Notes: generated from the sequence alone by a model not told the origin. A stretch of 30,445 nucleotides of DNA from Patescibacteria group bacterium (GCA_035480475.1 DATIHS010000016.1:1-30445); one strand, 5' to 3'; positions 6,892-17,553 are shown, numbered from the stretch's first letter. Translations and numbers: made by a program.

Positions 6892-9024
6892 TCATAATTT
6901 TTCGAGGGGAGCGAAACTAACGTTCAGTTTTTTGGTCCCACGGCCTTTAAAATAAATGGTCACGTTGTCGCCTTCTACTTCTACCACCGTGCCCACACCA
7001 AAGATTTCATGCTTGACGCCATCGCCCTCATTCAATTCGGGGATATAGCGTGGCTCGGCGGTGGCAAAACGATTGTCGTGCGCGTAGTTATCCTCAAAAC
7101 CGGAAGCAAGGTGCACTTCCCCATCGATTTCACTCAAAAAACGTGAAGGCGGATTGTGCTGTGTGCCCCCGTAGAGCAGGCGTGTGGTGGCATGTAACAA
7201 ATAAAGCTCTTCCTTGGCACGCGTCATTCCCACATAACAAAGCCGGCGCTCTTCTTCCATTTCGGCTTGGTCGTAGAGCGCCCGTGAATGCGGAAAAACA
7301 GTTTCTTCCATACCGATCATGAAGACCACCGGAAATTCCAGCCCCTTGGCGGCGTGCAGCGTCATGAGGGTCACCGCATTGCTACCAAAATCCGCACTGT
7401 CAATGTCGCTGACAAGCGAAACTTCCTCCAGGAAGGTGTCGAGGCCAAAACTTTGGTAACTTTGGGCCACGCTTAAGAGTTCGCGCACGTTTTCTTGCCT
7501 GGTTTCGCCTTGGGGTGTTTTGTCGTCTAAATACGCCATGTAGCCCAGACGCTTAATCAAACTATCGAGCAATACAGGTAAGCTCGTTTCATCCATTAGC
7601 CTACGGAAGCTTTCTAGGATGTCGGACAACTCTGCTAAGGCTTTTTGGGCTTTCGGTGTCAGGCTCGGGTGATGCGCAACTTCGTTTAAGGCTTCTTGCA
7701 AACCCATATCATTGACGGTTTGCCACGTTAAAAAGGCTTCTAGCGATTTGGTACCGATCCCCCGCGTAGGTACGTTGACAATGCGCTCAAAACTAACACG
7801 GTCACCTGGCTGATAGATAAGCCGCAGGTAGGCCATAATGTCTTTGATTTCCTTGCGGTCATAAAAGCGTTGGCCACCGACAATCCGGTAAGGCACGCCG
7901 TAACGTATGAATGTCTCTTCAATGGCGCGGCTTTGGGCGTTGGTGCGGTAGAGGACAGCAAAATCCTTGTACTGATAAGCACCTAAGTCAACCGCGGTCT
8001 TCACACGGCGAATAATGGCTTCGCCCTCGGCGCGCTCGTTGGCAATTTGCATAACTTGGATTGGTTTGCCTTCGCCTGCTTCTGTCCACAGCTTCTTGTC
8101 GGAGCGCTGGGAGTTCTTGGTAATAACGGCGTGGGCCGCGTCCAAGATAGCTTTGGTACTTCGGTAGTTTTGTTCCAATTTGATAATGGTTGCTTTTGGA
8201 TAATCACGCTCAAAGTTGAGAATGTTGCGGAAATCGGCCCCACGCCAGCTGTAAATGCTTTGCCAGTCGTCGCCAACGACGGCGATGTTGTGAGACGGGT
8301 TGGTCAGCAGTTTTACCAACTTATATTGGGCGGCGTTGGTATCTTGGTACTCATCAATCATGATGTAACTAAATTGACGTTGCCACTTCTGGCGAATTTC
8401 CGGATTGACTTGCAAGAGGTGTGCTACCCGGCCAATCAGGTCGTCAAAATCAAGGGCTCCGTTGTCTTTGAGGATTTTTTCGTAGCGTGGATACACTTGC
8501 ACGGTTGCTTGGTGCAGTGGACCTTTGCCCAGGCCCCCATACTCAGCCGGGGTGACGAGCTCATTTTTTGCACTACTAATTAAGCTGGCTAGGGTACGCG
8601 CTGGGAAAGCTTTTTCATCGAGCCGCAACTCTTTACTGGCCTGTTTAATGGCGCTTTGGCGGTCAGCCTCATCAAAGATAATAAAGTTACGTGGCACGGC
8701 TACATATTCACCATCTTGGCGTAAGATACGCACACAAATGCTGTGGAAGGTGCCCATAAATGGCATAAAGCCACGGTTTTCGGGGCGTTCACCTAACAGC
8801 GTGGCGACCCGTTCGCGCATTTCATGGGCGGCTTTATTCGTAAACGTTACGGCTAGAATGTTAAAAGACGTGGCTTTGCCGGTGTCAATCAAATAAGCAA
8901 TACGATGGGTCAAGGTTTTGGTTTTGCCAGAGCCTGCCCCAGCTAAAATTAACAGCGGTCCTTCTGTTGTCTCGACGGCCCGCTGCTGTTCGGCATTTAA
9001 ACCCGCGAATAAGTCTTTTGACAC
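6892..9024 (-). CDS. pcrA: ATP-dependent DNA helicase PcrA/UvrD
   Basis: AGAGSGKT Walker A, VTFTNKAA, IDEYQDTN, VGDDWQSIYSWRGA, LEQNYRS, YRTNAQSR, TLHAAKGLEF, EERRLCYVGMTRA, C-terminal Tudor-like domain. Confidence 0.97.
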   Translation of the reverse strand: MSKDLFAGLNAEQQRAVETTEGPLLILAGAGSGKTKTLTHRIAYLIDTGKATSFNILAVTFTNKAAHEMRERVATLLGERPENRGFMPFMGTFHSICVRILRQDGEYVAVPRNFIIFDEADRQSAIKQASKELRLDEKAFPARTLASLISSAKNELVTPAEYGGLGKGPLHQATVQVYPRYEKILKDNGALDFDDLIGRVAHLLQVNPEIRQKWQRQFSYIMIDEYQDTNAAQYKLVKLLTNPSHNIAVVGDDWQSIYSWRGADFRNILNFERDYPKATIIKLEQNYRSTKAILDAAHAVITKNSQRSDKKLWTEAGEGKPIQVMQIANERAEGEAIIRRVKTAVDLGAYQYKDFAVLYRTNAQSRAIEETFIRYGVPYRIVGGQRFYDRKEIKDIMAYLRLIYQPGDRVSFERIVNVPTRGIGTKSLEAFLTWQTVNDMGLQEALNEVAHHPSLTPKAQKALAELSDILESFRRLMDETSLPVLLDSLIKRLGYMAYLDDKTPQGETRQENVRELLSVAQSYQSFGLDTFLEEVSLVSDIDSADFGSNAVTLMTLHAAKGLEFPVVFMIGMEETVFPHSRALYDQAEMEEERRLCYVGMTRAKEELYLLHATTRLLYGGTQHNPPSRFLSEIDGEVHLASGFEDNYAHDNRFATAEPRYIPELNEGDGVKHEIFGVGTVVEVEGDNVTIYFKGRGTKKLNVSFAPLEKL

Positions 9025-9059
9025 CTAGCTATTCTAGCAAGTTTCCTAAAGGCCGCGGT

Positions 9060-9734
9060 TTATTGCGGCAAAACGTGGACCGGTAACTTGATGCTAGTTT
9101 TGACGAGTTTGGCGTCGATTGCCAAGTACGCCCCAGCCAGTAAGAGAATCAAAACGAGACATACGATCGCAATGCGGTTGTTGCGCCGTCGCGCTTGCTG
9201 GCCAACGGGCAGGAAGTACTTTTTATCATCAATCAACTTTTGTAGGGCGGCTGCTTTGGCTTTTTCTTCCTCGCTGGCAGCGTCATCCCGTTGCTTCTTT
9301 TTGGCATCGGCGGCTTGTTCAACTACCGCATCAACCGTGGCAGCTTCCTCACCACCTTCCTCTTTTTCTGTGCTCTCAGGAGGTTTTTCGTTGTCTTCTG
9401 TGGTGGCGTCTTTTGCAGCTTCCGCTTCGCTCGTCTCATCAGTTTCGGACTTTTCAGGGGCGGCTTCAGCCGCGGCTTCGTCATGCTTTTCAGCTGCTTC
9501 GGTTTTGACTTCTTCTGGCGGAACAATGATTTTGCCGGCGTGGACGGCCAATTTTGCATTCTCTGGACTTAATTCCGGTGCTGCTTCAGCGTCCGGGTCT
9601 TTTTTGACCATGGGGTCTTGCACCATAGGACGGTGCGAGATAATAACCGGCCGGGCAGTCGCGTCTGGCGTAGGCTTGCCAGGTTTAGCCACATCCATTG
9701 TTTTAGAATCGTCGTCTGAGTTATTCGTTGCCAT
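9060..9734 (-). CDS. Hypothetical protein, acidic low-complexity region with C-terminal membrane anchor
   Basis: Glu/Ala/Lys-rich body, then RRRNNR and a hydrophobic helix (IAIVCLVLILLLAGAYLAI); overlaps the tpiA stop by 14 nt. Confidence 0.75.
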   Translation of the reverse strand: MATNNSDDDSKTMDVAKPGKPTPDATARPVIISHRPMVQDPMVKKDPDAEAAPELSPENAKLAVHAGKIIVPPEEVKTEAAEKHDEAAAEAAPEKSETDETSEAEAAKDATTEDNEKPPESTEKEEGGEEAATVDAVVEQAADAKKKQRDDAASEEEKAKAAALQKLIDDKKYFLPVGQQARRRNNRIAIVCLVLILLLAGAYLAIDAKLVKTSIKLPVHVLPQ

Positions 9735-10527
9735 GGTCTTCTGCCTGGTGGGTTACGCTGTAAGCTGCTTCCACGATACCACTGAATTGCTCATAATTTA
9801 AACTGGCACCTCCGACTAACAGACCATCGACACCAGGCGTAGACAAGAGTCCGGCAGCGGTTGAGGCACTGGAGCTGCCGCCGTAGAGAATGCGCACCGA
9901 TTCCGCAACCTTTTTGCCATAGAGATGGCGAATATTATTCCGGATGGCACGTACGGCTTTGGCAATGAGGTCGGGTGTGGGAATCTCGTGATGGGTATAA
10001 TCCTTGCCGTTGCTCAAAGCCCAGATCGGTTCGTAGGCCAATACAATTTGGGCCACTTCACTTGCCGTCAAGTTACTCAAAGCTGTCGTCACTTCGTCGT
10101 GAATAACCTGCAGGGTTTCCCCATCGAGACGTTCCTGACGTGTCTCGCCGACGCACAAAATGGGTATGATGTCGTTGCGGACGGCAGCGGCTACCTTGTC
10201 ACGGACGACTTCTAGGCTCTCGCCAAACTTGTAGCGCCGGTCAGAATGCCCCACAATCGCATAATCCACCAAGCCACGCAGCATCGTAAAGCTGACTTCG
10301 CCCGTAAATGGTCCTTCATCAACGTGGTAGGCATTTTGGGCGGCCAGACCGAACTTGCGGTGGTCTAGCTGTAGTGAGAGGGGTTGTAGAGAGGTTAGGC
10401 TAGGCGCCAGAACAACTTCAATATCCCGATGAATACGGATACGCTCACTCAGCCGATGCAATAACAAACTTCCCTCGTGGACAGTGAGGTTCATTTTCCA
10501 GTTAGCAACAATAAGTGTTTTATTCAT
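9721..10527 (-). CDS. tpiA: Triosephosphate isomerase
   Basis: ANWKMN, GHSDRR, AYEPIWA, YGGS, LVGGASL. Confidence 0.96.
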   Translation of the reverse strand: MNKTLIVANWKMNLTVHEGSLLLHRLSERIRIHRDIEVVLAPSLTSLQPLSLQLDHRKFGLAAQNAYHVDEGPFTGEVSFTMLRGLVDYAIVGHSDRRYKFGESLEVVRDKVAAAVRNDIIPILCVGETRQERLDGETLQVIHDEVTTALSNLTASEVAQIVLAYEPIWALSNGKDYTHHEIPTPDLIAKAVRAIRNNIRHLYGKKVAESVRILYGGSSSASTAAGLLSTPGVDGLLVGGASLNYEQFSGIVEAAYSVTHQAEDHGNE

Positions 10528-10560
10528 AGTACTTATGCTTAGGTTTTATTGTACCATCTC

Positions 10561-11853
10561 TTACTTCTTATCCTGAAGGGCTTCGACCCCTGGCAAACGT
10601 TTGCCGCTCATGAGTTCCAGACTTGCCCCACCACCAGTCGAAACGTGGTTAAAGTAATCGGTCAGCTTGCGGGCCTCCACATAACCGACCGTATCGCCCC
10701 CGCCCACCACGGTGAAGGGCTTGTGGCCAAATTCACCGAGCATAGCGTCAACCAGGAGTTCGGTACCATGGGCAAAGGGCCCAACAGGGCTTCCATAGCC
10801 GGGTGTTTCCGTCACACCGAGCGCACCGTTCCATATAACAGTGTTCGCAAGTTGGATGCCACCCGCAATGAAAGCACCGGAAAACGGCCCAATGTCGAGG
10901 ATCATTTCACTGCTTAGGACACGCTCGCTGCTGCGAGGTGGCCGTTTGGGATAATCCTGGATGGCGGCAACCACGTGCGCATCCCAGTCCACAATCCGCG
11001 TAAAAAGGGGATGGTAGATATCCGTGGCAACAACAGCGTCTTGCGGTAGGTAAAAGATAAATCGATGAGTTTTAGCCTTGGCCCGAGCGTGTTGAATGAT
11101 CTCGCGTGCCAGGGGTACTTCTTCTCTCTCCGCCAGGCTTTTGCCGACCTTGATGCCTTCAGCCAACAAAAAGGTGTTTGCCATCGCCCCGCCTACTGCC
11201 ACAAAGTCGGCAATGTCGATAAAACGCTTTAACATATCAATTTTGTCGGAGATTTTGGCCCCGCCTATAACGGCCACCAGCGGCCGAGCTGGTTTTTCCA
11301 TGACGTCGGTGATGGTATTTACTTCTTTTTCCAACAAGAAACCAGCCACTCCTGGCAGATATTTCGGTAGTTCTGACACGGATACGGCGGGGTGGTGCAC
11401 TACACCAAAGGCATCTTGAACAAAAACTTGGGCGTAAGAAGCAAGCTCCTTGGCAAAAGTTGGGTCGTTGGCCTCTTCTTCGGCGTGAAAACGGACGTTT
11501 TCCAGCATCAAAATACCACCAGATTGCAACGCATCAACCTTAGTTTTGACCGCTGGGCCCACGCAGTCGTCCACAAAATCCACTGGTTTGCCGAGCAGTT
11601 TTTCTAGTCGCTTAGCGCATGGCTTAAGACTGTACTTATTATCTGGTTTGCCGCCAGGGCGGCCGAGGTGCGAGCACAAAATGACTTTGGCGTTTTGTTT
11701 GAGTAGGTATTCTATAGTCGGCAGCGATTTTTTAATACGGTAATCATCGGTGATGCGGCCTTTTTCATCCAGTGGGACATTATAATCCACGCGTACTAAG
11801 ACCCGTTTGTCCTTGACCGTAACATCACGAACGGTTTTTTTATTGAAAGACAC
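10561..11853 (-). CDS. pgk: Phosphoglycerate kinase
   Basis: VRVDYNVP, SHLGRP, LENVRF, IGGAKISDKI, GGAMANTF, VGGGDT, HVSTGGGASLE. Confidence 0.96.
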   Translation of the reverse strand: MSFNKKTVRDVTVKDKRVLVRVDYNVPLDEKGRITDDYRIKKSLPTIEYLLKQNAKVILCSHLGRPGGKPDNKYSLKPCAKRLEKLLGKPVDFVDDCVGPAVKTKVDALQSGGILMLENVRFHAEEEANDPTFAKELASYAQVFVQDAFGVVHHPAVSVSELPKYLPGVAGFLLEKEVNTITDVMEKPARPLVAVIGGAKISDKIDMLKRFIDIADFVAVGGAMANTFLLAEGIKVGKSLAEREEVPLAREIIQHARAKAKTHRFIFYLPQDAVVATDIYHPLFTRIVDWDAHVVAAIQDYPKRPPRSSERVLSSEMILDIGPFSGAFIAGGIQLANTVIWNGALGVTETPGYGSPVGPFAHGTELLVDAMLGEFGHKPFTVVGGGDTVGYVEARKLTDYFNHVSTGGGASLELMSGKRLPGVEALQDKK

Positions 11854-11918
11854 TTCCCACCCTTTTCTGGCCGTTACTTATTCGTATTCTAGCGGGTCTT
11901 GGGCGTTTCACCAAGGAG

Positions 11919-13361
11919 TTATTCGAGCACCCGGACCTTTATAGTGTCGGTGGTCCCCACGACACCCGGATACCGTCCAGACGCTGTAATAATCATGTCG
12001 CCTTTTTCCAGTACTTTACTCTTGCGAAGCCAGTTGGTCAGCTTGGTCGCGGCCAGTTTATCATCTGGCCGTACATACGATTTGGTACCGTAAACGAGAG
12101 CTAGTTGGTTGGCTACGCGGAAATCACTTGTCACGGCAATCAGTGGCCGTCCGGGCCGTCTGGCTGCCAATTGCATTGCGGTCGCACCCGATTTCGTTTC
12201 AGCTACGATCGCTTTCGCCTTTATGGTATCTGCCAGGTCAATCACGGCGTTGCAAATGGCGACCTGCCGTTGCACGACTGTTGACGGCTCTACGGGAAAA
12301 ACTGCTTTGAGTGGGCTATTGGCTTCGGTGTATAGGATGATTCGCTTCATGGTCTCCACAGATGCAATGGGGTATTTGCCATTAGCCGTTTCGTCACTCA
12401 ACATGACGCAATCGGTCCCCACAATCACGGCAGTCGCCACATCCGAAACTTCTGCTCTGGTGGGTTCGGGCGCTTCCGTCATGCTAAAGAGCATTTGCGT
12501 GGCGACGATGGTCGGCTTGGCATAACGCTGTCCGAGGCCAATAAGCTGGCGTTGGATAATTGGCACAGATTCGGCCGGAGCCTCTACCGCGAGATCACCG
12601 CGAGCAATCATAATCATGTCTGTTTCCTGCACAATAGCTTCCATGTGTTCAACGGCGGAGCGCGTTTCGAATTTAGTAATAATTCGCGCGTCCATGCCCA
12701 GGTTAATCATTGCTCTGCGCAAAGCCCGGATATCTGTGGCGGTTTGCACAAAACTCTGGGCAACATAGTCAATATCCTGGGTGGAACCAAAGACTAAGTC
12801 TCGCTTATCCTTGGCAGTTATGACGTCACCCGCAAAATCTGTGTCAGGCAAGTTAAGCCCTTTGCGTCGTAACAAAATTCCATCGCTTTCAGCGCGGCCA
12901 TGTACCACACCATCTTTGACGCTGGTGACCGTTACCCGTACCTTACCATCGTACAAATACATGCTTTCACCGCGTTTGACCTTTTTGGACAGATCATACT
13001 GCAGCGGAATAATGGCGTCGCGTTCATAATCGGCGTTGAACTTAAAACGCAGGCTCTGTCCCTCGGTTACATTTATAATCCCTTCGAAATCACCGAGGCG
13101 GATTTTGGGGCCCTGAAGGTCCTGGATGATAGCGACTGGTTTGCCGTATTCAGTTGCTGCCTGGCGGATCCATTTAATCTGCTGTTCGCGTTCTTCGTAG
13201 GTGCCGTGGCTGAAGTTCAAACGAATACCATTTGCCCCAGCCTTTATGAGCTTAAGGATGGCTGCGTAACTACTGGTAGCAGGACCAAGGGTGGCAATGA
13301 TCTTGGTCCGCTTAAATTTCCCAATAGGAACATTCGGTGTCTTATGCGTCGCTTCCGTCAT
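11919..13361 (-). CDS. pyk: Pyruvate kinase
   Basis: RTKIIATLGP, RLNFSHG, DLQGPKIR, MIARGDLAVE, ATQML.SM...P.PTRAEVSDVA, VMLSDETA.GKYP. Confidence 0.97.
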   Translation of the reverse strand: MTEATHKTPNVPIGKFKRTKIIATLGPATSSYAAILKLIKAGANGIRLNFSHGTYEEREQQIKWIRQAATEYGKPVAIIQDLQGPKIRLGDFEGIINVTEGQSLRFKFNADYERDAIIPLQYDLSKKVKRGESMYLYDGKVRVTVTSVKDGVVHGRAESDGILLRRKGLNLPDTDFAGDVITAKDKRDLVFGSTQDIDYVAQSFVQTATDIRALRRAMINLGMDARIITKFETRSAVEHMEAIVQETDMIMIARGDLAVEAPAESVPIIQRQLIGLGQRYAKPTIVATQMLFSMTEAPEPTRAEVSDVATAVIVGTDCVMLSDETANGKYPIASVETMKRIILYTEANSPLKAVFPVEPSTVVQRQVAICNAVIDLADTIKAKAIVAETKSGATAMQLAARRPGRPLIAVTSDFRVANQLALVYGTKSYVRPDDKLAATKLTNWLRKSKVLEKGDMIITASGRYPGVVGTTDTIKVRVLE

Positions 13362-13411
13362 TCCACATAGTGTAAACGGTTATGCTTTCCTCTGGCAAGA
13401 GACTCGGGTAG

Positions 13412-13440
13412 AAAGCTAAAAGCCCACCAAAGGTGAGCTT
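13412..13440 (-). terminator. Intrinsic terminator, probably the original tRNA-Glu terminator displaced by the insertion
   Basis: Minus strand AAGCTCACC-TTT-GGTGGGCTT (9 bp, one G.U) followed by TTAGCTTT; starts 4 nt after the ATGGTGA repeat copy. Confidence 0.7.
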
Positions 13441-13444
13441 CAAA

Positions 13445-13451
13445 ATGGTGA
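13445..13451 (+). repeat. att core ATGGTGA (left junction)
   Basis: Identical to 17387-17393; opens a 34-codon frame that is in frame with the recombinase after circularisation. Confidence 0.8.
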
Positions 13452-13549
13452 ACTATGTGAAGTCGAAATTGAACGCAATCTGTACTGAACTACTAGAAGT
13501 ATACAGCTACATGAGAGCAATAACAGTAGCAGAATACATCCCTGCTTAG
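13445..13549 (+). other. Detached 3' segment of the recombinase gene (MVNYVKSKLNAICTELLEVYSYMRAITVAEYIPA*)
   Basis: Open 35-codon frame starting exactly at the att core and ending 16 nt before the convergent stop at 13566. Confidence 0.7.
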
Positions 13550-13565
13550 AGTAGAACTATATAAG

Positions 13566-14102
13566 TTATTGAATCTGTCTAAGCAATTCCTGGTATGTAT
13601 CTATCGGGCTTCCTTCTTTAATTTGAATATGTATTTGATTAGGACGATTAGGTAACGCAGCTTCCATGTGTTCATAGAGCTGTGTAATTCTCGGAGTGTC
13701 ATCATTCGTCAATGGCGGCAAGCCAGCTTCGCCCCAAGTGCCACGATTTAATAATCTTTGGATTGCGTGGTCTTTATGGGTAGCTAAATAAAACTCATGA
13801 AACACCGCACCACCATTCGTAGCAATTTGTTCTAACTCTGCAACTTCCTCTGCGTTTGTAACGAGATAAGGCACGATAACATCATGGCCTAATTTGATTG
13901 CAACTCTTAGCATGTCTTTTGTTAATGCAAAAACGAGGTCACGTGCTTCGTCTTCATGGTCCAGCCAGTCGCCAATATTAATTATGAGCTGGTCGCCCTC
14001 AATAACCATTGCAAGTGGATGATTATCTACATACATACGTGCGATAGTTGTTTTACCTGAGCCAGCAAAACCATTTAACAAGATTACTTTTGGATTATTC
14101 AT
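13566..14102 (-). CDS. P-loop small-molecule/nucleotide kinase-like protein (AAA_33 / CPT-TmrB-like)
   Basis: VILLNGFAGSGKTT Walker A, IEGD, lid motif QRLLNRG; 178 aa. Confidence 0.8.
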   Translation of the reverse strand: MNNPKVILLNGFAGSGKTTIARMYVDNHPLAMVIEGDQLIINIGDWLDHEDEARDLVFALTKDMLRVAIKLGHDVIVPYLVTNAEEVAELEQIATNGGAVFHEFYLATHKDHAIQRLLNRGTWGEAGLPPLTNDDTPRITQLYEHMEAALPNRPNQIHIQIKEGSPIDTYQELLRQIQ

Positions 14103-14159
14103 TACATTATAGTAACAGATACAAGTACTGCTATTACGATGAATCAGGGTTTAGTAGGA

Positions 14160-14972
14160 CTACTGTTCCGAGCTGGGTGACGATGATTCTAATGGCGGTA
14201 ACTTAATAGAACCATCGAGTAGTCCCTTCAGATACGGCTTGAAGCGTACTGGGATGGTTTCATCCCTTTGTTCTTCGGGGACATGCACCAATGTCCAGCC
14301 TTCATCCATCACTTTTTCGCCTAAATATGCGAAATCTTCTTCGATAGCTTGCCAGACATTATCAAATATCATTCGTACATCTACAGGGTTATCTGGGTCG
14401 TGTTTCTCATTACGCCTATCTCCACTATGTAGAGCATTTCGATGTGAGGCTAGCATATTCTGCCATAGCTTGCGGTCCGTTCTAGCTACATCCACAAACT
14501 CCGAGGCGTTCGGATGTTCTTCAACAAATTTCTTAGCACCCTTTTCAAACTTCTTATCATCCTGGAATATAAAACCTATCTCAAAACCAAGCTCCTTCAT
14601 AAATAGCTGGAAACGATCCTTATATGCCCACCAAATCGAATTATAGAAGGCTACGTATTCTGCCTGCTGGTCAAATGTCGGAAGCTGATGAAAGCTCTTA
14701 GTATCTTCGATTCGACGCAAGTGAATACAGGCAATCTCTAACTGTTCAACGATCCTATCAAAGCGAAAATCTATCTCATCGCTATTTGGTAGTTGTATGT
14801 ACTTTAGGATGTCTTTAATCTGAATCCACACACGAGGTACAAAAAGCTCCTCAGTGCCAAAGTTAGAAGCTAGCTTAAGCGTAAAACCAGGCGGCAGATT
14901 GCCCGTGTACATTTTACCCTTCGGGCTGTTTTGCTTCTGTCGCTTTGGTTTAGTTCGCTTTTTCTTAGACAT
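14160..14972 (-). CDS. Hypothetical alpha-helical protein, possibly HEPN-like
   Basis: Long ORF. Start placed at ATG 14972 because TATAAT (14980-14985) lies 7 nt upstream. Contains W..ML.SHRNALH (RNxxH). Confidence 0.75.
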   Translation of the reverse strand: MSKKKRTKPKRQKQNSPKGKMYTGNLPPGFTLKLASNFGTEELFVPRVWIQIKDILKYIQLPNSDEIDFRFDRIVEQLEIACIHLRRIEDTKSFHQLPTFDQQAEYVAFYNSIWWAYKDRFQLFMKELGFEIGFIFQDDKKFEKGAKKFVEEHPNASEFVDVARTDRKLWQNMLASHRNALHSGDRRNEKHDPDNPVDVRMIFDNVWQAIEEDFAYLGEKVMDEGWTLVHVPEEQRDETIPVRFKPYLKGLLDGSIKLPPLESSSPSSEQ

Positions 14973-15033
14973 AGTCACCATTATATTATCTGACCCCAAA
15001 TTACTTAAAAAATAGCATACGCAACTGGTTAAG

Positions 15034-15267
15034 CTACCAGACTGTCAGAAAACTCATCATCAGCTTATTCCGATTGCTTTTAGCTGTTTCCATTTTTTCG
15101 GCGAACACAGATTCGTGATTTAGGTAGAAGTAATATGTCTGACGACTTATTCCTGCATATCTACAAGCGTCCTTAATATTAGAGTTGGTTTGTATTGCAG
15201 CTATTAGCTTAGTCATGACTTTAGCGTCTACTTTTAATGGTCTGCCTACGGCATTTTTCACAGTCAT
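15034..15267 (-). CDS. Small HTH protein resembling the N-terminus of phage terminase small subunits
   Basis: GRPLKVD...KLIAAI...NIKDACRYAGISRQTYY; SD AGGAG upstream. Confidence 0.7.
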   Translation of the reverse strand: MTVKNAVGRPLKVDAKVMTKLIAAIQTNSNIKDACRYAGISRQTYYFYLNHESVFAEKMETAKSNRNKLMMSFLTVW

Positions 15268-15477
15268 AAAAACTCCTGTATATTCTTACATTCCTACTAA
15301 TAATTATGACAGGTGGGCATTTTCTCAACTTCCATACATAAACCCATCCTAGACGATCCTAGAGCGTCACAGAGGGTATTCCTGTTCATGCCTTACATCG
15401 AGTATATGACTTGCGACAGTACATATATTATTTTCAGATATAATACGGTACTAACGGTATTTTATGCCGCAATTAAT

Positions 15478-15506
15478 TTGCTTTTTGTTAAACATAAGCG
15501 TATAAT
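15478..15506 (+). promoter_or_regulatory. Sigma70-type promoter TTGCTT-17-TATAAT for the small ORF and recombinase
   Basis: Hexamers at 15478-15483 and 15501-15506. Confidence 0.6.
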
Positions 15507-15680
15507 TATAGGCAGAGTAATCGTTGGGGTTCTCTCCTAGTCGCCACGCTATCATGTCTCATGAAAGTGTATGACCCAGCAGATGTAGCTAAGACCGTGG
15601 TTTTACTAAGACCACACAAGTAATTACAAATTAACTTGCTCTTCGTTTGGCGACTAAGACATCCAACGAAAGGGACAGAA

Positions 15681-15892
15681 GTGTCCAAAATATTAACTGT
15701 ACCTGCTGAGCAGCAGGTTATTTCCGTTAAGGAAGCACGGAAACTTTTAGGACAAAAAGCAAAAACACTAACCAACAAAGAACTCGAAATACTTATCCAA
15801 GAAACAGAAACAGTGGTGAGACTCTCTATACGAACTTTTATTAGTTCGAAAAACATTAAAAATAGTGGTAATATTGAAGGAGCAACATCACT

Positions 15893-15896
<4 letters not shown>
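15681..15896 (+). CDS. Small hypothetical protein (71 aa), candidate recombination directionality factor
   Basis: GTG at 15681 after AAGGGA; ISVKEARKLLG...LTNKELEILI helical motif; stop overlaps the recombinase start (ATGA). Confidence 0.65.
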
Positions 15897-17462
<1,566 letters not shown>

Positions 17463-17522
17463 GTGACTGGACGCAACGCGTTCAGAGACGAATGACCGTG
17501 CTAGTGTACCATAACAGGGGTC

Positions 17523-17553
17523 AAAAAGAAATCCCCGCCACCACGGGGATTTC
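17523..17553 (-). terminator. Intrinsic terminator downstream of the LPNTG surface protein gene
   Basis: GAAATCCCCG / CGGGGATTTC 10-bp stem, 6-nt loop, followed by TTTTT on the minus strand. Confidence 0.8.

Noticed and set aside
8047-9801. Long antisense ORFs (8047-8583, 8525-8896, 9088-9801 and similar elsewhere)
   Set aside because: They shadow well-supported genes on the opposite strand, have no motifs, and are explained by codon bias or low complexity.
15313-15540. 75-aa plus-strand ORF and 15506-15856 minus-strand ORF inside element 2
   Set aside because: They overlap divergent promoters and the structured leader; no motif support.
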